The notes below the pieces were generated by a model that was not told the DNA's origin, made no database searches, and was given only the letters and a program-made list of their open reading frames with translations. Of a stretch of DNA of 64,000 bases, positions 1-15,355 are shown piece after piece (position 1 is the first letter of the stretch; every line of letters starts with the position of its first letter). The DNA is from Paragordius varius (Eukaryota > Animalia > Nematomorpha), in assembly GCA_964247055.1 (NCBI GenBank), contig OZ176057.1, positions 1,364,001-1,428,000 on the forward strand, in the 5' to 3' direction. The translations under genes were made by a program, and so were the position numbers.

Positions 1-639
1 TTTTATCATTTGTGCTGAAGGGATCTAGGTGTTGAAACCGATTATCAGGAATACTATCCCCATTAAGTACTGATTCTTGAATGGGTGCATATATGACCAA
101 TTTTATGTCTGTTATAGTTACCCAATCTTGGAGCACGGGACTAGTATCAAATGTAATGGCTGAGGGTCGACCCTCAAGTGCCGAAAACGCTATTCTTTTA
201 TCCTGTTCATACAGGGTATAAGAGACTGGATCATTTATGAGTAGTTTTGTACCGTCTTCAGTAATTTTATAGTTATATTTATTATTTAATGATGATATGT
301 TAGCAACTTGGTGATTTCCGACATTAAATCGGTTTTTCGGGTAAATATTAAAGGATGTAATATCATCACTCGTCAAAGGTTTGAAAGCGTGACAGGTAGC
401 TTCCTGTTCATTGGCTTTACTTATGAGGGAATCGGCCGATTTATGGAAAAATGTTTGACAATCTCGAGCATAGTATTGCAAGGGTATCCAACTTTTGCCA
501 TAATCTGTGCTTTTGTACAGGGCTAAAGCACCCGGGAGTAATCCACAAAAACGCATACTCAGGTACGTAAGCTCATACTTTTTATGTAATGGGAGAACAA
601 GGGTCACATTATCTCGCCATTGATCTAATGATAAAATAC
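1..639 (-). CDS. NTN1: Netrin exon 2 (laminin N-terminal/domain VI, C-terminal half); runs off the left edge
   Basis: Hand translation after acceptor tctcaaag|GT (phase 1): ILSLDQWRDNVTLVLPLHKKYELTYLSMRFCGLLPGALALYKSTDYGKSWIPLQYYARDC...NEQEATC...RIAFSALEGRPSAITFDTSPVLQDWVTITDIKLV. The NEQEA, IAFSxLEGRPS and SPVLQDWVT motifs are netrin/UNC-6 hallmarks. Frame is open to base 1; absent from the ORF track. Confidence 0.93.
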
Positions 640-1334
640 CTTTGAGAATCGAATCAATATATATATAAATATAATATATATACATCTAAATAACAGGTTA
701 CGACAGATGTATAGACAGATTTAAACGATGTTGTTTTAACATATGGCTCTAATATAAATGAAAAAACCGGGTTTTCTTGCCCTTTGCAAAAAGTAATAAA
801 GTTTACCTACCCATTTGTTATACGATTTTTGGTAAGGACCATTTCTATATATTCAACACATTGGTATTTATCAAGTATAAAAAAGTGCCATAATTTGCTA
901 TTTTATTTTAATTGGATTTTTATATGCTAATTTATGGAGATGGTTTTTGTATTATTGTAAAAAATCCATAAAATATAAATTTATACTAAAAATCTTTGTT
1001 TTCATTTGTTAGCACCATCAGTACGACACGACTGTTAGACATGCCAGTTCACATATCAGTTTAAAATAAACCAAGACTATATTTACCCGAGCGGGCTTTT
1101 ACCGCAAAATCCATTTGATGTAGTTTGAATACAAAGAAATTTATAAATTAATTATGTTTTTTACATTAAATGATTTTTGATATTTTTAATCAACGGCAGA
1201 CATCTTAGTTAATTTATAGTATATGTTTTAAATAGATATATGTTACCTTGAAACACAAGATTATAAAAAAATTATGGAGTGATTTATCTTAAGAGAAGTC
1301 ATGCAGACACATTCAAATTATCATGCAAAATTTA

Positions 1335-1337
<3 letters not shown>

Positions 1338-1369
<32 letters not shown>
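1338..1369. repeat. (TA)n microsatellite in netrin intron
   Basis: Perfect TA run; similar runs at ~7478-7502, ~21653-21675 and ~29963-29984. Confidence 0.9.
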
Positions 1370-1372
<3 letters not shown>

Positions 1373-1915
1373 ACATATGCAATTATTCAAATTTACGATA
1401 AATTGAGATGCATGGTTTAATTTTTACATTTACCTATCTAATCCCTTAAAAGATTATTTATCCTGATATCTCAAGGTTGTTAAAAGCAATAAAGATTAAA
1501 AAATTATAATGATATGATTTATGTGAATAACTAAAAATGTATAAAAAATTATTTCGAAATACGGGTTTAATATTATAACGGACCCATAATATTTAGATTT
1601 ACACTTTGCCTTTCCAAGGTTAACAAAAATAAAATAAATGTGTTGTTATGGATTTAAATTCTCTTTTTTAACTAAAAAGTGGTGAAAATCATGACTTTAC
1701 TTTTGAAACAACAAATTACCAAATCCAAAGATAATATGTGCTATAAAAATTAATATACAAGAAAAAAAATGATCAAACAATGTCAAAAATCCCCCATTTA
1801 TTAATTATTAGAATAGAAACGTATTAGCTAAATTTAGTTTGGAGAAGTTTGATTAGAGCAACTCTACACCTTTATATTTTAGAAAACTAATCATAAAAAA
1901 GGAGAAAATATTTAC

Positions 1916-4709
1916 CATGTGCGAAACTTTTCTCGATTGGTCTGGATATCCAACATGTGTCGTTTAACGGATTTATCGTATCAGTCAAGAAGGATAACAC
2001 TTTTTGTTCCGATTCCTCCTCTATAATATCATCGTTTCGGTTTGGGCCAGAATTTATCATGTAATATTTATTGTTAGTTAAATAATCCATGGTAGAAGCT
2101 GGTATTATGGAGGATGAATTTTTAGTATTTGCACTATTAATATCGTGGTTTGCTGGACATATGTAACATTTTTCCATTTGACGACGGCGATCATATTGAT
2201 GGAGAAAAGCATTTTTGCTTCTGTTTATACCTTCATCATTTTGTTGTTGCGATTCATCTTCATATGCTGATGATATAATTGGATCTATTTTATATGTTTC
2301 ACGTTTTGGCGATAATTTCTGATGACTGTAAAAAAACTTGTTTGCACCTTCAATATTGCCCGTAGGGTCAGAAAAAATATTTGTGTCATAATGTGAGGAC
2401 GACCACATACTTTCGATATCAGCATTCAAATTATTAATTTCATAGTCGGACAATAAGAGTGCCGCATTATCCAACAGCTCAGGGGAGGCTAGGAATTTCT
2501 TGAAATCGCTGTAAGTTTGTGGAAAATAAACGGAACTGAATAAATTCTTTTCACCCATATGCATGAGAGATGATCTTTTTACCAATTTATTGTTTCTTTC
2601 CTCCATCAAAGCTGAATCTAAGTAGGGCGCAAAATTATCTACTGTATCATAACGTCTATAACAAAACTGTTTAATTCCATTTGCGTGGGTGCACGATGAA
2701 CCCAGGTTGCTTTTTCTCCCGATGTAAATATTATTTGCCGATGTTACATCTACATCATTTTGACTTTTGAAAGATCGTTCAAACGCTGCATTTATGAGAT
2801 CGGGCACACATTTAACTGGGAAACCAGAGATATTGTCATAACATGGATCCTTTTTGTAATTTGTCTGTTGACCCAAGTCATGTTCCACAAGAGATGACGA
2901 AAACCTTTGAGTATTTTCTGCATATTTGTCTAACGCATAGGACATTAATGGTTTTTCTTTCTTCTGATTTTTAGATCTTTTTCCATTTCTCCTGCGCGCC
3001 CAATTTTGCTTAGGTGTTGATAACCCAGTCAAAGGATAATTGCTAAAAGTTGATGTCGTATGTAAGTTGTGAAAATCCGTATTCGGTGGTGGCGCCATGT
3101 ACCAAAACATGGATCCAGCCTTATTTTCTGACTGTTCTATTTTGTGCCGCGCGGGAATGTACGGAGTAGACACTATTTTCTCCCAATGATGGTTATTTAA
3201 TTTTTCCAAGGGTTTGTTGTTGTTTAAGTCGTTATTTTGATGTACAGTCTTAATTTGTTGTATTGCACTATGTCTGTTTCCCAATGAGTTTGCAACTTTG
3301 ACTATGTTTTCGCCTTGTGCCATATTAGGATAGAAATGGGAACCGCCTTGTTCATTATTATTATTATTATTTAGATTGTTTTCGCGATCATAATATTTAT
3401 TGTTACTATAATAATAAGGTGTCGGTACATTAGCGTCCAAATGCAATGGTGGTTGAGACATTTGAATTTGTGTTTCATAATGATGTAAAGCTGGTGTCTC
3501 ATATCTATCAAAGTGGTTGTCACCAATCTTCTCTGGGTACTTATCAAATACTATTTGCTGCTTATTATTACCCAAATTTGTCGGGATTTCTGATGTTCCA
3601 CCAGGTTTATAAATAAGGGGTTGTTGATGGAAAGACATAGATTGGCCAGTATTCTTACTTTGAGGCGACCCCACAAATCTAAAAATGCGATCTCCTTTAC
3701 CCTCAACATTTATCAGGCGATTCGACAACGAAGGATAGTTCTTTCTATTGCTATTATCCAAAGTTTTAAACGTAGATGATTTGGATTGTGGAACATAGGT
3801 TTTGAAATGATTATTTCTATAAGATAAATGAGTAATTGGTGTAGGCGAAGCTGGTAGGGGATAAGGATATACTGGGATCCGCATTAAAGCTTCCTGTTCA
3901 TAAGTCATGAATGATGGCTGCTGTACAACTCTTTTTTTCTGCTGTGCAGAATAAAATTTCTCTAGGTCTTCGAAGGATGGAGGACCCAATTTTTCATTTA
4001 AATTATCATTTGTCAGGTCAGCAGGCGTCTTTAAAGTATGTGTTAGTTGTGATTTTTTGGAGTTTTGAGCTTGTTTTCGCCATAATTTACGATTCTTTCT
4101 TCGTTTAAACTTTTGAAATGGCGAATTCGCGGAGGAAACGTTCGAATTTAATATATGGTGCATCGGTTCTTTTCGAGTTATTTCATTATTTTGACTATAT
4201 TGAACCGTTGGATCAGCAAGCCCTATAATACTGTTAAATTTAGGTGCATTATCATTTTGTGGGATACGCGGCGGTACTCCTAAGCCATTTTTATTTTGAT
4301 CGTTCAGATCAACTGTTGCTATTCCTGTTTTTTGAAATTTTTTATTTTGGTCGGTATTGACCACATCGGAAAAGTAATATGTAAAATAATCAGAATCGTA
4401 ATTTGGCTGCCTATGAGGGTATGAGGGAAAATTTTTGAATTGACTATTGCTCTTTTCATTCGTATGGTGGAGGACTGAATTATATGTTTGAGGATGTTGA
4501 TTTTGATATTGTTGTGCCGTAATTAATATGACTTTGTGGAAGTTATAATTTGATAAGATAAATAATGTAAAGAATAGATTGTGGCAAAAAAATTTTTTCC
4601 CACAAAAGGATAAGAATGTTTCATACAAAAAATTTTTTAGTGTTTGGGCTGTCCCTTCTCTTGACCGACAATTTCGTTGCCCGAAATAATTTTGATCTAC
4701 TAGCGCCAT
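1916..4709 (-). CDS. NTN1: Netrin exon 1: long N-terminal extension plus first half of domain VI
   Basis: 940-codon ORF containing DPCYD..KCVPDLINAAF (from aa ~621) and FLTDTINPLNDTCWIS. Donor CAT G|gtaaat at 1915 joins in phase 1 to the exon at 639. Confidence 0.9.
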
Positions 4710-7477
4710 TATTTAAGCTAAAAAATTATGAATCAATCCTTTTTTGTACACAAGACTTGTTAAATAAAGCGTAAGAAATCATTTTTAATATATTATGTTA
4801 TTAGTATTCGGTTTTAAATATAAACATTTAAATATATATAAAGGATGGACAAAATGTCATTTAAAAACAAAAAGGTGTCAAAATGTTGAGTTTTCAAATT
4901 AAATATCCAAATTAAACTTTAGTGCAATATGTTTGTGGACAACACAATACAGATTTGAGGATAAAATTGGAATTTGTTAACAAAAATAAAATTATTATTA
5001 TTTTTTATATCAATAGAGATAGACACTTTGGAGACACAATGTCTAACTTATTTATATCATAGTATATATATATACGTATTTGCTTATCATAAAAGCTTAA
5101 TATTTTTTAATCCTGTATACATTTTATTTTATATTTACATATCAATGTATATGTACTTACCTATATATATATACATATATATTTGTCATATTCATAATTA
5201 CAAAAAAAATGAATTTGTTTTTAACACCCTTTGAAATAATTTAAAGGAGAAGTAAAAAACCCTTCCTATCTTTCCATTCATGTTATATCTTAATTAATGT
5301 CATACACCAAAAAAAATTTGCTGTCAAGCTGTGCGATAATTTTTATTTTTATATTTTATGTATTTTATGTTTTTTTTCAATTTTACATTAATAATTTTGT
5401 GATAATTTGCATTACACTATATCAATTTTGCATTTTATCTTAATTTTAAATTAATTTTGACTAAAAAAATATATAAAAATTGTAAATTAATACCATCTCG
5501 GGGTATCATCTCGCTATTTTAAATTATATCATTCTTTTCTTTGAGTCATTAGTATATATATAATTTGTTTTTTTATACTTTGTATTAGTTTATGTTTTTA
5601 TTCAATCTTTTTTTACCAATACTATAACAAGGGTGTACTTGAAAAAACATTTATTATAAAATATTTGCGATTTAAACTTTATTTTTATAATTTATTTATT
5701 TAAAGATAAATAAATATTTTAATCAATAATATTTTAATCACAGGTAAAAATACTTTTAAAAATTAAACAAACAAATATAAATCTCAAGTATTCGTAGAAT
5801 AGGGCAAAATTAATATTGATAGTGATGAATCTCAACACTTGAAACTATGAGAGAATATGGTAAAAATCTATCCGGAATAATTCGTGATTTTTTTAATTTT
5901 TTTCCAATAAATTAATAATAACTTTCATCAGGATTAGAATATATGTAAAATCTTAAATTAAATTTCTCAATATATCATATGACATATAGAAAGAAGTCTG
6001 AAAAACTCGATTGCGGTAATGTTATGAAGCAACTGCATAGTTCGATATCCATATAATTATTTGCTCAGACTCTATTATTGTTTTGATAAAAATTATAGTT
6101 AACAAAAATAAAGCCAGGTAATTATGATAGTTTTGATATATTGAAAAGCATTTCTATCCTAATAAAAAAGAAATTTTAAAAATATTTTTAAAAAATGATC
6201 CTTAAATTGAAAACATGTAAGGACAAACGTACGTTGTTGCCAATCAATAGTCGTCTGACTGTGTTTTTACATTTCATTATAAATTAAATTTATACGGTGT
6301 ATAATTATTATTGCCGGTTTCTATTTAAAATAAACAATCATTGCAGCTCATTTGAAATGAGGGATTTTTTGCATTTTTATATGATTTTAAGGCGCTTAAA
6401 AGGTCAGAAACTGCAAATTTTTCGATTTGGCTCAATATCATGATCATTTTTTGAGATATTCATATCTTCATGAAAAAACCACCCTATGTTAATTTATTGT
6501 TTTTTAAACAAGAAATATTTTTATATTAATTAATTATTTAATTATTATGCACATAGGTGTTTCACAGTGGGCACATTGCATTTTTAATATAAATGATATA
6601 AAAAACCACAATTATCAGACATAATCATTACACCAATATTTGGATATAAAATTTTTAGAATATTTTAGATACTTTATTTTCAGTCCCAACAACGACATAT
6701 TTATAATACATCTATTATTGTCTCCTTTTATATTCATAAAATATATCAACATTAAAGTTGAAAAATATGATATTAAGATGTTAGGAATACATTTAGGAGC
6801 TCATATTACAATTTTATTGTAGAGCACGTTTGGACTTGGTTAATGGTGAAAATCTCCCATTTTTTTTAACGCGAAAATAAAATTCTTACCATCCAAAAAA
6901 TGTTTTGTACTCCAAATTTTTATAGAATAAAAAAAAATGTATTTCGAAGGGAAAAAAGCAGAATCTCCTAATTAAATTATCAATAATGTTAGGATAAATG
7001 TTATAATAACGACCATTTTATCGCTATACAGGGACAATAAGGTTGACCACACTTGGTTCTACAATGACACTCCGCACCGGACAATGTACTTTAAAACATT
7101 AGGGGATTTTTGAAAAAAACTATATAATTGATTAAAAATTCAGAATTTTAAATTTTAATATTTAGGAAACTGTAAGTATTAATAAAAATGATAAAAACAT
7201 TTTGTGTTACATATTTTATAATTTAATTGTGGAAGTTTACAATTAAATGGATAATAATTTGTAATGACCTAATAACAAATAAAGATAACTAAAACTGACG
7301 CTATTTTTTTATTTTATTCTTGATTTAACATTAATTTTTATAGTTTGTTAATTTAAATTATTTATAAGGAAATTAAACTAAAACATGTATTCAATAGTAA
7401 ATTAAATATAATCCGATTATGCATAAAGTAAACTACGCATCTACATTTATCATTGACATCTAACTGTCTTCATCTTA

Positions 7478-7508
<31 letters not shown>

Positions 7509-10500
7509 GCCGTGTGTTAATTATGAGGAGATATCAACAAAACGGTTGTTAAAAATAAATATATTTTAGCCAATAGGGTTCCAATAGGTTTGTATAACAT
7601 AATGTTTTACGATAAAAAATAAAATTATACGGACAAAACGTTAAAGCAAATAGCTTGATTCTTCCCACATTAATTATTTAATTACAATTTGGAATAAATA
7701 TATATAATATATATCTCTATTCATTCACTGCTCAACAAGGTTTGCACCACCCCATTATTTTTGCATTTTCTGATACCTAATGGCATGGGAAGGCCAAAAC
7801 AAAAAAGAAAATTGAGGCCACCAATAGGATTTTTCCGAAATTTAATTTTTAAATTTGTATTTAATTAAAAATAATAATCATTCCTCGTGTATATATGTTT
7901 AAATATTCAAACGAACAAGTCGATACAAGTAATATTCCATGCACGAATAACAAAATTCTAGGCATTAAATAAGATACTAAACAAGCTAAGAGCCAAAGTA
8001 TTAAAAATCTAAAAGGGGCTTATGTATAGTGTGATGGATATGGGCGGCTGCACAAGCTCTGCATATCTCCCAAGCGATCCAATTATGCCAGATATGGCAA
8101 TGATAACAATAAATAATCGTAAAGCCCAATAAGAGAGACTTGCAAGCAAAATCCAGGCAAATTGACATGTCAAATTAACCAATTCACAGAATAAAGTTAG
8201 ATAAATTCTACTATTAAATTGAATAAAAAGATTAGGTAAATACAAATGGTCCAATCCCATAATAGTAAATTCTACTAAAAGTGGCTACACAACATCCATC
8301 TGAAATTAAAAATACAAAACAACCAATAATTTTAAAAAATAAAGCATATCCACTAGGTATAAATAAAGGATTTTTTGTTAGAACCAACTCAAGAAAAAAA
8401 GCCTAATAAGTACTCGAAAGAACGAAAACTAACAAAAAAATATAGCCTATCTAAAAGCCGAAGGTTTAAACCAAAGAATGCCTTTTTTAGAATTTTTTTA
8501 AATTTTTTTTTATACGTATTAAAAATTCACTTGAAAGAAAAAGACTAAATTTTCACGTTTAAGTCCGTACTATTTTTTTCTCTCTGATATTTAAATGACA
8601 TATTTATATTCAAAAGATAGAGTTTAAAACGCTTTATTAAATGATATTAATTTTGAAATATAATAACATTTTATTTTAAAGTTACATTTAATTTTCTCTC
8701 GATTTTCTCTTGTTTTTGAAAAATTGAAAAACCTATAATATTTCAAAATTTTAATTGGCGGGATCAAAAATTTTTCACATTCGGTTTTAAAACACTGAAA
8801 TTAGTCATAATTTATAAGTTTGAGTGGTGGTGCTCAAAAATGTCCAAATTTGTCGACTAGTGTCATTTAATAACCCAAATGATGATTATATTCAAAGAAA
8901 AACAATATTTCACTTTTGACATTTGGGGGTAACCCCAAAACCATTTTTATATCTAAAAAAATATTTATACTATTGGGCCAAGTTTAAAAAATATTACCGG
9001 TTTCCGTCTTTCCAAAAATCTATTTTAGAAGCTAAAATCTAAACAAACACATATTAGGTAATTTGATGATCATCAAAAATGTATTGAAAATAATCTTTTC
9101 TACGTTTTTAACCAAACGTTTCAAATTATCAATATTGTATTTGGCGCCCTTTGATATAAGTTTTTTATGTAAAAATAACATTGTTAGCGATAAAATTTAT
9201 TTTATATTTATGAGGTATTATTAATCCGACCGTTAGACTTGATTGATATTTTAATAAATATATATTAATTTTTAAAATAATTGGTATGGCTTATTTCACA
9301 CGCTTGTTCAAAACTATTATTATTAAGCATTTAAAAGGATAGCTATTTTTCGATAACTTTTGGCATTTGTTTAGTGACCTTTTGTTAAAAAATAAAAAGT
9401 TCTGTAAAGCTTAAAAAGACAAAATTAATAAAATTAGTTCCCATATCTAGACATTTTCGTAATTTATACTTTTTTTCTTAAATATTATGCCCATTTAAAA
9501 TACAGAATTAATTATTATTTGTACAGAATATATTATCTTCTTTTACTATATTTACAATGAGTTCAATATATCAGGAAAGAGTTTTTTTCACGTTCCCAAA
9601 AAAGTGTGAAAATCCTGAGAATATATATTAAATAAGACACTTTTAATAAATAATATATCACAAAAAAAGTTTAGAGTTAATATGGTTTAATTAATTCAAC
9701 TATAACAAATATTTTTGACTTTTGTGGTTTTTACACTTTGAAAATTAACAGTTTATTATTTTTTCATTTTTTGTACACGATGACATTTTGTGGTATTTTT
9801 GATCCCTAAGTAAGCGTTCTCGAATTTGTAAACCCGTCTGGAAGAAGTTTCGGAAAAATTGAGTTTCTTTAAAAATTTAATTATAGAAAAGTTTGGTGAA
9901 GCAAGTTTTACCTTATTTCTAAACATGGATGTAAAGGGTAAAAAACGCTATATATAGAAAAACTTTTTCTCTATAAGTCGATTGCTGAACATCCTTATTT
10001 CAGATTTTTTAAAATATATAATTGACAAATTTAAATCATATAGAAATTGTGTATTTACTGAAAATTATTTATTTTGATGTCAAAAACATTGTTAAATCAA
10101 AAATCTGAGGTGATAATAATATACAATAACATTGAATTTAGTAAAGTGTTTTTTTAAGTTTTAAAGTTTTTTTACCGTTTCTACCATGCTTCAAAACGCA
10201 TATAATCACGTTTCGGCAAAAAATTTTTATAAATAAAATTTACTAATTTTTTAGGCATAACTTTATTTCATGTCAAAATTTATATATTTAAAATTAAATC
10301 AACATCCAAAATGTTACATATGTTTTAATGATATTTTTTAAAATGAAGTATTTAGCTTTTATTAACCAATTTAATTTAGCAAAATGTGCGCAAATTTTAA
10401 CATTTTGATATATAGTTGTTACCGTAAAAGGGGAATACCTTATATCACACCGCTTTTTAAATTTTTGTCATACTTAATTTGATTTTAAATATGTGCAAAT

Positions 10501-11935
10501 GTATCATGCATCTATGATTCTCTGTGAATAGTTGATTGCCCTGACAAAAATTATTTTTGCAGGCCCTTAAATTTTTTTGGCAAGCACCACAGTCTTAAAG
10601 TGTTTTAAACAGCCATGCTTCAAAGTAAAAGTACTTCGCTTCCCTAAAAGTTTGGTATAAATTCATTTTTATTATCTATTTTATTTATATATCTAATATT
10701 GTATAATAAAAATTAACGCAATATGCTGAAATTTTTTAGATTTTAATGGTAAAAGCATTATTCCAAAAAATATAATTAATATTGGTATGTAAAGCAAGAC
10801 AATTAATTATATTGGAAATTTTTTTAAATAATAGGCTCCACAGGGGCGAAAATTTTAAGCCCTCTAGCTGGTTTTCTTCAAATAAACAATGCGATAAGAA
10901 GAAATAAAACTTATTATACGCTGGATTATGGCATAAAAACATTTTTGAATGCATTTGTTCAAAAATTTATTTTTAGAAAATTGGTTGAAGCGTACTTCAT
11001 ATGATTTTAAAGCGTAGTGGAAAAATGTAAAAAACACTTTAAGATATTGAAAAACGCTATATAAAATTCAAAGATAAATATTCTATGATCCAAAATTTAG
11101 ATTAAAATATTCGTTCGTCTTGAAATTCAATCATTAACAAACTAATCCTTACTCGATATTAAGAGGTGATACATATGTTAAGCCATCGAATTATGTAAAA
11201 AACTGTTTTCATATTGAATATCCTTTTTCTTGCTTAAATGCCATGAATGATGCTTTAAAATATTGCCAAATTTTGATTTAAAAGCCGTACCTGCATTTTT
11301 TAAATCTTTTTGTCATAATCTAGCATATGTTAAAAGTTTTTATCACAAAATCTCGGCATTTTAGCGTTTATTTTAATTAGACCATTTTGGAGGCATCCAA
11401 AAATTTGCGATTTTCGGGTCCACATAATATGATTTTCATGTTTAATAATAGTTTTTGATGATATTTTTTGAAATAAAAACTTTAGCTACCACCAAAAAAA
11501 GATTTATTTAGCATAATATGGGCAAATTGCAATTTGGCATGGTGTAATTATCACAAAATGGCAACTTTCATAAATCAATCTTACTACAAACCCAAAAGCC
11601 GCTTAAAATCCTGATACATTTTTCCATCATAAAATATTTTTATTAAAATATTTGTCTGTTAGGGTTTCAAATACAATTAATCCTAAATTTAAAAATTATT
11701 TTCTTTCTTGTTGTGCTTCAATGAAACAAAAGTTTAGGCTAAATAAAACGAAAAAAGACCATTTAATGTTTGCTAAACTAACGTAAAACCAATATCATTT
11801 CAAATCTAAACTACGCCCAACTTGATATATTTTTCCAAAAACTCATGCGGTGTTAACAAGTATACTCAGTTTATAAACATATAATATAGTAAATAGAAAA
11901 TATATAATATGTTTTGGAAAGAGCGCTTTAGCAGT

Positions 11936-12067
<132 letters not shown>

Positions 12068-12502
12068 CTACATACAATATAGAAATTATGTATTAAAAAA
12101 CAATTTAACTATAAAAACTAAACATAAAAAGCAAAAGGATATACAACATTACAACTATTATTTCTGTGACCTATCGTTTTAAATTACAAATGCAGAAGTT
12201 CAGTAATTTCAACATTAAAAAAGTAAACTCAAATTTTTCGTTTGAGGATTCAAAAATAGTAGTATATTCAAGTACCACATTTCACAATAAATATCAAAAT
12301 CCAAAAATATGTTTTTTATGAGATAAATGATTTTTTAAATTTTACTTTAATTAAATTTATGCAGACAAAAAACGTAAAATTGACGACAAATATTTCCATC
12401 CTTATTGAAATTCAAAATTATGAGTTAGTCACATTTAAACGTTTATAAATATAATATTTGTCGTTTTTAATTTACATTTCGTCTGAACAATTTTATTTTT
12501 TA

Positions 12503-12655
<153 letters not shown>

Positions 12656-13140
12656 TCAATTATTAGTTAATTAAAAAGTTTAAAATACTTTATTTTATAA
12701 GTTTCCTATCTTTTATTATGGAATATATATTCAAGATTTGCTTTAATGGTATAATGTTAAATTAAAACCAAAACAAAGTAATTTACCCATTTATTTAAAT
12801 AATAAAACCAATATTAGCGATAATACTTTTACACATATAAATGCGTGAAAATTATTATTAATGTGAGTTAAATTGTTAATAAAGTATTTAAAGTGTGTCT
12901 TTTGTTCATCAATTAACGATAATGTTAACTTGGATTGAAAAAAAAAACAGTTGAACTAAACTAGAAAAGTGGTGTCTGTTTACAGATAAAGTATTGGTTT
13001 AAAGTGGTGTTGTAGATCGTTTCAAAATACAATAATAAGCAAAAAAAGGCATACTATTGTAAATTTAATCACCATATATTTATTTATGTGAGACCAAAAA
13101 AAAATTTATACATTAAATGACCAGAAAAAAATCAACTCTA

Positions 13141-13293
<153 letters not shown>

Positions 13294-13811
13294 CTATATA
13301 AAAAAAGGCATAAGGTAAAAACATAAATTTCCAGGTTATTTGAACATTTTTAAAAACGGTTAGTTCTGAGTTTTTTTCCCTTAAAAAATAATGGTTCCGG
13401 TTCAATAAAAATTATAAATAAATTGTTTTGGAAAACATAGATAGTTTCAAAACAATTCCGGTTCCAATCCCTATAAATTTCTAGTTTTTCATACATTGAA
13501 TATGCCAACTAGCATGGCATATTTATCTAAATAAAAAGCTGCTAATACAGGTAAAAACGAAAATTAAAAAGTTGTTTGCTAATATTTTAATGGAAATAAA
13601 AAGGACAAAAAAATAATATGCATAAAATAATATATTGCCTTTAATTACATAATAATGACAAATATTATTTTTAATGTAAAAGAAAAATTTTATTGGTTAA
13701 AAGACACAAAAAGCAAAAAAACGTTATAATTAACAAAACAACTATTGATAATATAACATTTTTATAAATATTTATGGCATGCATTATGGATTAGAAAATC
13801 TAGGTATATTA

Positions 13812-14027
<216 letters not shown>

Positions 14028-14233
14028 TTATTTATAGTTTTATAAATATAAAAAATGGCGTAAATTACCCTGTTTTTTTAATTTAGTAGATATTTGTGTT
14101 CTTACATATAAATAAGAACGTATGGGAGTTTCGAAATTAAATGTCTTTTTATTCAAATTGAAATCATATGAGATAGATAAACCTCGTTTTAGACGTAATA
14201 GAATGAGTTTTTCCCATGATATAAAATTAATTA

Positions 14234-14395
<162 letters not shown>

Positions 14396-15290
14396 CTATG
14401 TAATGGGAAAATCAAAAGCCTTTTCACAAGAGTTAAAATTAAATTATGATTTATTTTTTACCATAGAATAACTTAAAAATTTAGGTGATAAACCCTTACG
14501 TATATATTTACCTTATATGATATTTCAATTTATATGCTTGATTATTTTTAAGTTTGCTTATGTTTAAAAACTATTCATATTACAGCAGTTTTATGGCGAA
14601 TGAGTTTTGTAATTTAATTATGTTATTTTAATAAATACTTTATTATTATATTAGCATATTTAACAAATATGCTAAATACAATTTAAATACTTATATTTTA
14701 AAGGTACCCGTATATACATTTCTCTTTCAAAGGGAACATATAATTACATCCAAAAAAATTATTTAGTTTGATAACACTCTTTTGGATGGAAAAAATGTTC
14801 CGTTAGATTGAGAAATGTTTCATGATTTGTATTTAAGTTAATATAAATATGGATATAATGTGGATGATGTAAAAGATATTACCGATCAATATAGATATAT
14901 ATATATATATCTATATTAAATCCAATTTCGAAAAAAATATATGGATTGTCGATAAAGACACCTAAAACCTAAAAGAAAAAATGAAAAAAAATCCGTCGAA
15001 TTTTTGCCCAACAAATCTAAAAATATAAAATGTGTGTATGCTTTTGCACAAACAAACACAATAATAGAGAAGTAGTTGATTGCAAATTGCATAGTAATTT
15101 TCATCATTAATTCTCTCTTTGCACACCCTATGCACTAGAGAAAAAAAACGGATAAAATAGAGATATAGTTTAAATTTATAAAAAAAAGTTTTATAGAAAA
15201 AGTTATTTAAAATGCTTTTTATAAATATCGCAAAACCAGAGATTTGTGCATAGTAGATTTGATAAAAAAAAAGTTTGCAAAAATACCAAC

Positions 15291-15355
15291 TTGTTCATCA
15301 TTAAGGTAATTGGGTAATCCACCAACAAATAGCTTGTTATCATCTTTGCTAATTA
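15291..15355 (-). CDS. U2AF2: U2AF65 exon 6 (RRM2 start)
   Basis: ataatag|(V)ISKDDNKLFVGGLPNYLNDEQ|gttggt; acceptor chosen for phase-1 compatibility, exact 5' boundary less certain. Confidence 0.85.

Noticed and set aside
308-526. Plus-strand ORF (also 3911..4108 and 15310..15528)
   Set aside because: Antisense shadows of netrin and U2AF65 exons.
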